Below, one piece after another: positions 1 to 8,167 of a DNA stretch of 64,000 nucleotides. The position numbers and the translations under genes are program-made. Each line of letters opens with the position of its first letter. The stretch's first letter is position 1. The notes under the pieces are model-generated. The model was not told where the DNA came from. It worked only from the letters and a program-made list of their open reading frames with translations, and did not search any database. The DNA is from Roseibacillus sp. (lineage in GTDB: Bacteria; Verrucomicrobiota; Verrucomicrobiia; Verrucomicrobiales; Akkermansiaceae), in the NCBI GenBank assembly GCA_051251855.1, contig JBPOGI010000003.1, forward strand, positions 448,001-512,000, in the 5' to 3' direction.

Positions 1-462
1 TTCGTCAATACGGGGCCCGGTAAGCAGTTTGGTGAAGAAGCTTATTGGTTCACTTCAACGATTGCTCAGGAACAGTCAGTGGAGGCGGCACTCGCGTATG
101 CCGAAAGGCTTCAGGGGCCTAATGGGAAGCGCGCAGGTATTCGTGCAGCTGTTGCAAGTTGGGTGTTAGAGGATCTAGATGCGGCCTCTGAATACGCCCG
201 TAATACGCCCGATCCCTTGCAGCGCGATTACGCTCTCCTCGGTTTCGCCGACGCCCTTTGGGAGACTAATCCTGAGGAGACAATCTCTTGGACGGGTGGA
301 ATCGAGGACGAAGACTTACGCCTCCGCACCTACACGGGATTGGCCCAGGGATGGCAAGACTCTGGGGCCAGCGAATCAGTCGAAAAGCTCCTCGCCTCTC
401 CGAGTCTTTCACCGGCGGAACGCCGTGCGATTGAAGAAGTGATGACTCCCCAAGGGGAGTAA
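1..462 (+). CDS. hypothetical helical-repeat protein, C-terminal part (5' end outside window)
   Basis: Frame is open from base 1 to TAA at 460-462; repeated 'W..D...A..Y/W' helical units typical of verrucomicrobial hypothetical proteins. Confidence 0.7.
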   Translation, partial: FVNTGPGKQFGEEAYWFTSTIAQEQSVEAALAYAERLQGPNGKRAGIRAAVASWVLEDLDAASEYARNTPDPLQRDYALLGFADALWETNPEETISWTGGIEDEDLRLRTYTGLAQGWQDSGASESVEKLLASPSLSPAERRAIEEVMTPQGE

Positions 463-560
463 GAGGTAAGGGGGAAAGTGACCAAGCGAGGGCGTCTCTC
501 GGACTTCGCTCTGGGTCGGCAATCTCACGAAAACGCATCCATTGCGGGGACTCACTGCCG

Positions 561-1139
561 TTATAGTCGCTGAGTGATGGCTTTGATTTGTCGCCGATGG
601 ATTCCCATGTGGAAAGCGGATAAGGAAAGCCAACGGTGGGCGTTCATGGGACCAAACCAAGGGTGGTTGAGTTGGGCCTCGGTTTTCAGTTCTGGCAGCT
701 TCCTAATTGTAGCAAGGAAGGTCCGGCAAGAGGCTTTATAGTCTTTTTCGATCTCTTGGGTGACTTCGGGGTCGGGCTTCACATCAGCTGTACTCACCAT
801 GATGTCGGGGACATGGCCTTGGGAGAGTTGCTTGATGATGGAGGCAAAGGCCAGATTTGTAATGCGGAGATGATCCAGAGTCATCCAAACAGAGTAAAAG
901 CGGCTGCTATCCTCCAATCCAATCAAGCGCGGAATTAGAATGCGTTGACCACGCTGGTCCGAAGATAAGGGCTCGATTAGCTTGGCGATCTTAGCCTGCT
1001 CGCTCCCGAATTCGGTCAGGAATTTTTCTCGAGTGCCTAGTCGAGCCCGGATGAGGGACACTCTCTTGGCGACGAAGAGCATGGGTGCTGGCAATCCCGC
1101 CCCTGGAGCGTCGAGCTTGGGTTCTGTTTCTTGAGGCAT
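561..1139 (-). CDS. DinB/YfiT-like family protein
   Basis: 'SVWMTLDHL', 'HPWFGPMNAHRW' and 'HMGIHRRQI' DinB-type His motifs; ATG at 1139 preferred over 1196 because the longer start runs through the operator region. Confidence 0.75.
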   Translation of the reverse strand: MPQETEPKLDAPGAGLPAPMLFVAKRVSLIRARLGTREKFLTEFGSEQAKIAKLIEPLSSDQRGQRILIPRLIGLEDSSRFYSVWMTLDHLRITNLAFASIIKQLSQGHVPDIMVSTADVKPDPEVTQEIEKDYKASCRTFLATIRKLPELKTEAQLNHPWFGPMNAHRWLSLSAFHMGIHRRQIKAITQRL

Positions 1140-1156
1140 GAGGAAACTCTCGCTAA

Positions 1157-1200
1157 TTACTTTCTTTTCGCAAGTAAAATTAGTTTTGAAATGCAAGTGA
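1157..1200. promoter_or_regulatory. tandem palindromic operators, putative HxlR-family binding sites
   Basis: TTACTT-N9-AAGTAA (1157-1177, perfect inverted repeat) followed by TTAGTT-N9-AAGTGA (1180-1200), between the divergent dinB-like and hxlR-like genes. Confidence 0.65.
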
Positions 1201-1220
1201 TCTAAAATAGAGTTCTCATC

Positions 1221-1619
1221 GTGCCTCCCAAAAAGAATTCATCGAAGCCAAGACGAGAAGGTGACCTTCCCGATCGTCGCTCTTGCTGTCCGGTCTCGTG
1301 CGCTTTGGATCTCTTTGGCGATCGTTGGACCCTGCTGGTGATTCGGGATCTAATGTTGGGACGGACTCGTTTCAAAGATTTTGCGAGTTCTCCGGAATGC
1401 ATTCCTACCAATATTCTCACCAATCGCCTTGAGCGGTTGCAGGAAGGAGGTCTCGTTGAACAAGTGCCGGCCACTGAAGGAGGTAAGAGAATGGCCTATG
1501 CACTGACGGAAAAGGGGAGGTCGCTCAAGCCCGTGATGCTCAGTATTCGTAAGTGGGGATTAGAGTGGGAAGAGGGGACGGCGGCCAAGATGGTGCAGGG
1601 GGACGGTGGAAACGTTTAG
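1221..1619 (+). CDS. HxlR-family winged-helix transcriptional regulator
   Basis: 'RSCCPVSCALDLFGDRWTLLVIRDL...RFKDF...LTNRLERL...YALTEKGRSL' HxlR signature. Confidence 0.9.
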   Translation: MPPKKNSSKPRREGDLPDRRSCCPVSCALDLFGDRWTLLVIRDLMLGRTRFKDFASSPECIPTNILTNRLERLQEGGLVEQVPATEGGKRMAYALTEKGRSLKPVMLSIRKWGLEWEEGTAAKMVQGDGGNV

Positions 1620-1791
1620 GGCCCCGATGGAAGCGGCGAAGTCAGTGAAGCGGGCCGAAGGTCCAGATGTTGACTAGCTAGGTAGACGACAGGAAGCGAG
1701 AGATGAAGGGAAGGGGATCTCAAATGAGAACGCTTTTTTTGCGTCGTTGATATTCGCTACTCAGTTCTCTAAGCTCGGAATCCTAGTTTCT

Positions 1792-2754
1792 ATGAAGCCT
1801 CATGTTCTTTTCCTTAGCTTTCTTCTTAGTTCCAGTCTCTTTGGAAGTGAGGTGCGCACTTGGACCGCGGCTGATGGGCGCACCCTTGATGCAGAGCTTG
1901 TTTCGGTGGATGAAGAAGGAGTCACGGTTCGGCGCAAGACGGATGGTAGGACTATGAGTCTCACTCTCGCGATGCTCTCAGAGGATGATCAAGATTATGT
2001 GAAGAGCCTTCAGGTTTCCGAGGCACAAGACGCTGCACTTGAGGAGGACAAGCTCACGCGCAGTAAGGGCCTCAAATCTGGCCCGTATAAAGACCTCATA
2101 ACTGGAGAGTTCATGCAGAGTAAGTCAGAAGAGGGAATGCCTTTTCAATTATTCGGTCCGGAAGATTTAAGGAGTAAAGAACGGTATCCTCTGGTGGTGG
2201 CGCTCCATGGAGGTTCTGGAAGAGGAGGAGATGAGCCTTGGCCTCCTGGGGAGGCCGCCAATGTTTACTCAAGGGGAGAATTCGCGGAGGCCAATCCCTG
2301 CTTTGTAGTCGCGCCTCGTTGTGCCATTGATGCAAGCTGGAATGGACCTCAAGGAGACATGGTTGCGGCCTTAGTGAAATCTCTTTCTAAACACCTGCCA
2401 ATCGACATTAACCGAATTTATGTCACGGGTGGATCGATGGGGGGCGGGGGGACGTGGTATCAGATCACCGAACACCAGTCGCTCTACGCGGGGGCGATTG
2501 TTCTCGGTAATGCGGGGCATACGAAGGATGTTGAGAAAACCAAAGACTTCCCGATTTGGCAGTTTCACGGCGAACTAGACGAGCACCCAGTAGAGAAGGC
2601 CCGTGCGATGGCGGAGGCTCAGAAAGAGGCGGGATCGACTGGCTATAAATTCACCGAACTTGTCGGAGAAGGGCATGTCGTTCACAAACCGGTCTATAAG
2701 AGCGGTGAGGCTTTAATTTGGCTCTTTGAACAAAAGCGTGGAGCCGAGGAGTGA
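1792..2754 (+). CDS. secreted alpha/beta hydrolase (predicted peptidase/esterase) with N-terminal SHD1-like domain
   Basis: Signal peptide; 'RTWTAADGRTLDAELV...LSEDDQDYV' SHD1-like domain; 'YPLVVALHG', nucleophile 'GGSMG', 'FHGELD', 'EGH'. Confidence 0.8.
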   Translation: MKPHVLFLSFLLSSSLFGSEVRTWTAADGRTLDAELVSVDEEGVTVRRKTDGRTMSLTLAMLSEDDQDYVKSLQVSEAQDAALEEDKLTRSKGLKSGPYKDLITGEFMQSKSEEGMPFQLFGPEDLRSKERYPLVVALHGGSGRGGDEPWPPGEAANVYSRGEFAEANPCFVVAPRCAIDASWNGPQGDMVAALVKSLSKHLPIDINRIYVTGGSMGGGGTWYQITEHQSLYAGAIVLGNAGHTKDVEKTKDFPIWQFHGELDEHPVEKARAMAEAQKEAGSTGYKFTELVGEGHVVHKPVYKSGEALIWLFEQKRGAEE

Positions 2755-2981
2755 GCAGCTTTTTCAGAAAAGAAGCCAGAATTGAATTGCGACGCATGTT
2801 CTGAATGGTGGCATGAGAGGTCAAGGGCTTCGAAAATGTGACTAGATGAGGACTCTTTTTAGTCTCAGGGGCCAACTATAACTTTTACTCCGATGCCATT
2901 GAGCTGCCTAAGGTTAGCAATGCTGTTGCCATCCTTGCCGGCTTTTCCTAACTTGTTTTTTAGTCCCAGTTAATCATCCTC

Positions 2982-5900
2982 TTGAGAATCCCTAACACCC
3001 CTAACAGATCTCTTTGGCAAACTCGCCTTCTCACAGGCTTGCTCACGCTATCTTTCCTGGCGTCGACTGACGTCTTAGTTGCACAAATTAGTGAAAATGG
3101 CCAACCCCAGAGAGAGGCGCAATTGAAGGCGAAGATGGAGCGGAATCAGGAGAAGCTGGCAAAGGCCCGTAAGCAAAAGAAAGAGGCTTTTCCAAAGGGG
3201 CGACATGATCTCAAGGATAAGAAAGTTCGAGCAGAGTTGGTACGTCGACTAAAGGAAGCGGATGAGGCTCATATGGAGGCCGTCCGCGAACGAGCGGCAT
3301 TGCAAGGGCTTGAGCTAGCGGGAAGCAGGCCCGATGGCGGAAGCTTCCGGTTGATCGATTTCGACGAGAAAGGTACTCCAATCTACGAAGATACTATGAA
3401 CTCCGACGCAGCCATCACCACGGCGGCCGACCAAGTGCGCGACAACCCGATTTACCAAAATACAGTCCAAGTACAGGTGGAAGCCGAGAGCTTTATAACC
3501 ATGAGCGGCGTGGTATCGGAAACCACCACCGATGCTGGCGGGGGGCAAAATATCGGTTACATCGAAAACGGGGATTGGGTCGAATACACCATCAACGTTC
3601 CTGAAACTGGCCAATACCGTATCAATATCAGAACGGCTTCGAATAACAACGATGGGGGCACTATCAACCTCTCCATTGACGGCAGCTCGATCGGTAGCGT
3701 CGAGGTTCCCGATTCGAATGGCTGGCAAACTTGGACGACAATTCTTGGCTATGCCTATTTCGACACCACCGGAAGTAAGACGCTACGGATGGATTTCTCG
3801 GGCGGCGGCGGTTCTCTATTCAACGTTAATTGGTTTTCCTACAACCGCACGGTAATCATCGGGCAGTGGGAGTCGAATACGGCCCGAACCACACATCGAG
3901 AACTCGAGGGCAAGGTTTCGGTATGGGATGGCTCCACGCCGGGTAGCGACCAGAATCACGCGACCCATGTCGCGGGCACTTTAGTTTCACGCGGAATCAA
4001 TTCGAACACCTTGGGAATGGCCCCGGAAGCATCCGTTGCTTCCTTTAATACCTCGAGCTCAACATCGGAGATGATTGCCAATGCAGCAGTTGGACCTAAT
4101 ACCACAGACCTCCATCTCTCCAATCATTCCTATGGTGTCACTCGAGGGTGGAGGAATAGCGGCGGCTGGCAATGGAGGGGCGAATATAGTCCCGGAGGGA
4201 ATCAGGCAGACTTCTATGATGAGGACTTTGGTCGTTATAACAGCCGCTCCGAAGACTGGGATGAGATCGCCTATAACGCCCCTTACTACCTCATTTTTAT
4301 TTCCGCCGGTAATGGGCGAGGAAATGTTCCCTCTGCTGGGGATTCGTGGACGTATGTGGATAATTTTAGCACGGTAACGGTCCCCTCCTATGATGATTCA
4401 ATACACCCATTGAGCAATCGCGCCTATAAGGGTAACAACGATGGTTTTGACACGATGGAAGGAGGCGGGCTGGGTAAAAATACCATCGCTGTCGGAAGTT
4501 CCGATGAAGGGGTCGATGGTAGTGGAAATCGTAATCCTAGCCTCGCGACTGCTCAGAGCTACAGTTGTCGTGGCCCTGCCGATGATGGTCGTATTAAGCC
4601 TGATATCCACGGAAACGGAACAGGGTTAACTTCCAGTATTGCGAGTAGTAACACCGCTACCGCGAGCTATGGCGGAACCAGCATGTCGTCTCCCAATGTT
4701 TGTGGTTCTGCAGCTCTATTGATCGACTACTACGGCACTCGTTTCCCCGCCCAAGCCATGCGTGCCAGCTCACTGAAGGGGTTGATTCTCCACACAGCTG
4801 ACGACCGTGGTGATCCAGGCCCCGATTACAAATACGGCTGGGGTGTGATGAACACACAGTTCGCCGCCGACGTGATCAAGTTGCATGCCGACGGCATTGG
4901 TGGCGCACATCTCATTGAGTCAATTGTCAACGACACCATCACTTCATCGGAAAGCCATAGCTTCGACTGGGATGGAAACTCACCTTTGAGGGTCACCCTC
5001 TGTTGGACCGATCCAGCCAGTGACGAAATTGATGGCCATGACAACCGCACTAAGGCCCTCGTCAACGATCTCAATTTAAGAGTCACCGGTCCAGGCGGCA
5101 CCCACTATCCTTACGTGATGCCTTATGTCGGGGACTGGAGCCTTGCCACGATTGATGATCATGCGACCAAAGGGGTGAACACTGTCGATCCCATCGAGCA
5201 AGTCTATCTCGCTTCTCCCGCGGCAGGCACTTACACCGTCACTATCGATTATGCGGGCAGTTTAACCCATGATGAGCAGGACTATTCTTTGATTGTTTCC
5301 GGTACCGCAAGCGACGCCCCTACCATTGAAGTTACCACCGCAACTTACGACATCGCTTCTCCACCAAGTTTCAGCACCAACGACCTCACGCAGACCGAGT
5401 ATCTTAGTAGTTCTGCAACAGGAGGGAATGAGAGCGCAGAGCACGCGCAGCTTTTTAACGGCACTATTGGGAACGATGATGGAGACAGGAGCGATAGCGG
5501 AGAGGTTCAGTTGGCTAGCGGCAACACCGTCACAGTCAACCTCGACACGTCGGTCCATACCGGTGGTTACGATCTCACCGGAATTGAGACGATCTTTGGT
5601 TGGAATACCGGAGCCAACGGCCGTTCCAATCAAGGATATGAAGTCATTCTTACTTATATCGACAATAGCACTGCTACCTTGGCTGGTCCGACTCATTGGG
5701 AGCCTAATTCTCCGGCTCAATTCTGGACTAAAGTCAGCTTTGCCGACGAGGAAGGAGGCGTGCTTCAAAGCAATCGGATCAATCACAATGGAAACACCTC
5801 TGCTGGAACAGGAGTGATTGCTTCGGGTGTTAAGGCAATCACTTTTGAAATTAGCAACAACGCCAATGCTGGAAGCTGGGTTATTGCTCGCGAGTTCGAC

Positions 5901-6323
5901 ATCTTCGGCTACCCAACGGGTGGTCCCTACACGGCGTTAGAGTCATGGAGGCTCACGCATTTTGGCACAACCGAAGGCACAGGCAACTTCGCCGACGATG
6001 CGGACTTTGATAACGACGGGAACGTGAACCTATTGGAGTTCGCTACCGCGACTGATCCAAAGGTCTCCAACAGCGATCCCGTGACCTTTACGAGTAACGC
6101 AAGCGCTTTTGACCTCACCTATGACCGCAATATCGATGCGATGTTAGATTACGATTTTGAAGTGGAATGGAACAACGATCTCAGCAATGCAGGCACTTGG
6201 TTCGGCACTGGAGTGACCGAGTTATTGCTCAGTGACGATGGCTCCATCCAGGAAGTGAAGGCGACCGCTCCCAAAGACGGCGAGGCACGACGCTTCTTCC
6301 GTCTCAGAGTTTCTCCGAAGTAG
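2982..6323 (+). CDS. secreted S8 subtilase with inserted CBM6-like module and C-terminal verrucomicrobial domain
   Basis: 'HATHVAGT', 'SAGN', 'DGRIKPDI', 'GGTSMSSP', 'YGWG'; CBM6-like 'EAESF...GYIENGDWVEY...GWQTW...NVNWF'; ends 'RRFFRLRVSPK'; start codon uncertain. Confidence 0.9.
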   Translation: MRIPNTPNRSLWQTRLLTGLLTLSFLASTDVLVAQISENGQPQREAQLKAKMERNQEKLAKARKQKKEAFPKGRHDLKDKKVRAELVRRLKEADEAHMEAVRERAALQGLELAGSRPDGGSFRLIDFDEKGTPIYEDTMNSDAAITTAADQVRDNPIYQNTVQVQVEAESFITMSGVVSETTTDAGGGQNIGYIENGDWVEYTINVPETGQYRINIRTASNNNDGGTINLSIDGSSIGSVEVPDSNGWQTWTTILGYAYFDTTGSKTLRMDFSGGGGSLFNVNWFSYNRTVIIGQWESNTARTTHRELEGKVSVWDGSTPGSDQNHATHVAGTLVSRGINSNTLGMAPEASVASFNTSSSTSEMIANAAVGPNTTDLHLSNHSYGVTRGWRNSGGWQWRGEYSPGGNQADFYDEDFGRYNSRSEDWDEIAYNAPYYLIFISAGNGRGNVPSAGDSWTYVDNFSTVTVPSYDDSIHPLSNRAYKGNNDGFDTMEGGGLGKNTIAVGSSDEGVDGSGNRNPSLATAQSYSCRGPADDGRIKPDIHGNGTGLTSSIASSNTATASYGGTSMSSPNVCGSAALLIDYYGTRFPAQAMRASSLKGLILHTADDRGDPGPDYKYGWGVMNTQFAADVIKLHADGIGGAHLIESIVNDTITSSESHSFDWDGNSPLRVTLCWTDPASDEIDGHDNRTKALVNDLNLRVTGPGGTHYPYVMPYVGDWSLATIDDHATKGVNTVDPIEQVYLASPAAGTYTVTIDYAGSLTHDEQDYSLIVSGTASDAPTIEVTTATYDIASPPSFSTNDLTQTEYLSSSATGGNESAEHAQLFNGTIGNDDGDRSDSGEVQLASGNTVTVNLDTSVHTGGYDLTGIETIFGWNTGANGRSNQGYEVILTYIDNSTATLAGPTHWEPNSPAQFWTKVSFADEEGGVLQSNRINHNGNTSAGTGVIASGVKAITFEISNNANAGSWVIAREFDIFGYPTGGPYTALESWRLTHFGTTEGTGNFADDADFDNDGNVNLLEFATATDPKVSNSDPVTFTSNASAFDLTYDRNIDAMLDYDFEVEWNNDLSNAGTWFGTGVTELLLSDDGSIQEVKATAPKDGEARRFFRLRVSPK

Positions 6324-6431
6324 GCGAGAACCAGAATCGTGAAGTCTAGTTACGGACTTATTTGGCTGCTCAACCGCGATGGGCCTCTATATCCTTGAGC
6401 AGCTCGTCGATTTATCCTTCCTTGGGATCGC

Positions 6432-6725
6432 ATGGTTAAGAACAACGGAAATTTGAAATCTAATAGAGGGGCGAGTATTGCCGCCATTATCGGGGGCTCA
6501 GCTCTCGTCCTTTTTTTCTCGAGCTGCTCAGAGATGACAGTCACACATCACGATGAAGCGCGATTGATAGGGCCAAGAGGAGAGGCGGACAATGATTTCC
6601 TAGGGGCGGCAGGTGGCCTCATGGGGGCGGGAAAGGACTTCGGTAAGAAGCAGAAGGGGATGGCGCAGAGCGAGCAACAGCGGCTCCAGAAAAAATATCC
6701 CGATGCAACGTTTCGTAACCAGTAA
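6432..6725 (+). CDS. small putative lipoprotein
   Basis: Basic N-terminus, hydrophobic core, lipobox-like 'FSSC'; N-terminus and upstream DNA resemble those of 15117-15359. Confidence 0.65.
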   Translation: MVKNNGNLKSNRGASIAAIIGGSALVLFFSSCSEMTVTHHDEARLIGPRGEADNDFLGAAGGLMGAGKDFGKKQKGMAQSEQQRLQKKYPDATFRNQ

Positions 6726-6783
6726 GGATTTGTGAAGCTTCGTTGTGAGCCAACCAGTACGTCAAGTTTGAGGAATAGGGCAC

Positions 6784-6813
6784 AAAAAAGGCCGCATCGA
6801 ATGCGGCCTCTTT
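6784..6813. terminator. intrinsic terminator, probably bidirectional
   Basis: AAAAA-AGGCCGCAT-cga-ATGCGGCCT-cTTT between convergent genes; U6 tract on the minus strand. Confidence 0.8.
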
Positions 6814-6839
6814 GAAATCTGTTGAAGAATCCGATGAGA

Positions 6840-7046
6840 TTACTTCTGCGCTGCAAGCTCTTTGACGACTTTGGCAGGATATTTCAGCTTTGTGCGAACG
6901 TCCTTCGGGTTCATCTGGGCCACAACAGCTTCGTCCATACCCAATGCAATGAGCCGCTTGCGGTGGTCAGCTTGACGTTTATTTCTTGCTGCACCCGACT
7001 TGGTAGGGCGGCTTCTGTTGAGGTTACGTTGGAGTGTAGTGGCCAT
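6840..7046 (-). CDS. small basic hypothetical protein (68 aa)
   Basis: K/R-rich, clean ORF with its own terminator; codon usage resembles the highly expressed hup and atp genes. Confidence 0.8.
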   Translation of the reverse strand: MATTLQRNLNRSRPTKSGAARNKRQADHRKRLIALGMDEAVVAQMNPKDVRTKLKYPAKVVKELAAQK

Positions 7047-7320
7047 GATGGTAAGTGTTCCTAGCTGTGAAAAAAAGATGAAGTGTTCCCTCTGACCGGC
7101 TAGAGCAGTCTCAAGAACGCCACCTCCATACGTTCGATGACACTTTTGGTCAACTGGAATTCTAGCTTTTGCTGGCTGGTCCCCAATCCCTAGAAATATC
7201 GGAGTTTGTAGGGTTGAAGGCTTTGATTATCAATGATTTGTCTGCTTTTTGACTAAGGCTGCTGGTGTTGTGTTGGAAAGGCGCTAGGCTACAAATGCCC
7301 GAAAGCCTCTATTCTCGACT

Positions 7321-8091
7321 ATGAAACAATTACTCCTCCTTATCGTCTTTGTCCTCGGCATGCTCTCCCCTCTTCTAGGGCAAGAAGCCAAAGATGGGCC
7401 CACAGTTCTCATCACCGGGGCTAACCGTGGCCTTGGTCTCGAGTTTGCCAAGCAATTCTCTGAAAAGGGTTACAAGGTCATTGGAACCGCTCGTTCTCCA
7501 GAGAAGGCAGAAGATCTCAAGGCTACGGGAGCAGAGATTGTGAAGCTGGATGTCACCAGCAAAGAAGATATTGCAGCCCTTGCTGAGTCACTTAAGGGAC
7601 GCAAGATCGACATCCTTTTGAACAATGCCGCTTACTTTGGGCCCACTATGATGTGGGAAGAGGGGATTTCTAATTTTGAAACCATCGAAGCAAAGGAGAT
7701 GGAAGACTGTTTTCGGATCAACACCCTTGGACCGCTCTTTGTTTCGCAGGCTCTTTTACCAAACCTCAAACTCTCTGAAATCCCGAAAATCATCAACATT
7801 TCATCGGGATTCGGAACCATCAGCTACGGCCAGAATGTAGCGTGGGGGTATGGTGTTAGTAAGAGTGCTCTGAATCGCGTGGTGACCAACATGCATGCCG
7901 CTTTGCATAAGGATGGCTTTATCGTCATCGCACTGGGACCAGGCCACAACAAGACAGACATGGGCGGCAAGGAGGAAGCTAAACTCCAGCCAGAGGAGAG
8001 TATTGCCAAAATGATTCCTCTCATTGAGGGCCTGACTGAAAAGGAATCTGGAAAGTTCTTTTTCTACACTGGTAAGGAGCTTTCTTGGTAG
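7321..8091 (+). CDS. SDR family oxidoreductase (CsgA/C-factor-like) with signal peptide
   Basis: 'TVLITGANRGLG', 'LLNNA', 'NISS', catalytic 'YGVSK', 'PGHNKTDMGG'; N-terminus 'MKQLLLLIVFVLGMLSPLLG'. Confidence 0.9.
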   Translation: MKQLLLLIVFVLGMLSPLLGQEAKDGPTVLITGANRGLGLEFAKQFSEKGYKVIGTARSPEKAEDLKATGAEIVKLDVTSKEDIAALAESLKGRKIDILLNNAAYFGPTMMWEEGISNFETIEAKEMEDCFRINTLGPLFVSQALLPNLKLSEIPKIINISSGFGTISYGQNVAWGYGVSKSALNRVVTNMHAALHKDGFIVIALGPGHNKTDMGGKEEAKLQPEESIAKMIPLIEGLTEKESGKFFFYTGKELSW

Positions 8092-8167
8092 CAGGATTTC
8101 TCGCTGAAGTTGGACTGTTTTGAGCGGTCGAATACAATGGTTGTTTGACCTTGTTAGGCGTCAGAGT

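Noticed and set aside
6750..6766. CCAACCAGTACGTCA resembling CCAACTAGTACGTTA near 15105-15119, downstream of both small lipoprotein genes; considered as attC-like cassette ends
   Set aside because: Opposite orientation relative to the two genes, no RYYYAAC/GTTRRRY attC structure and no integrase; probably coincidence
6840..7046. Identification as the known PVC-superphylum signature small basic protein
   Set aside because: The sequence does not show the motif pattern I recall for that family; left as unassigned
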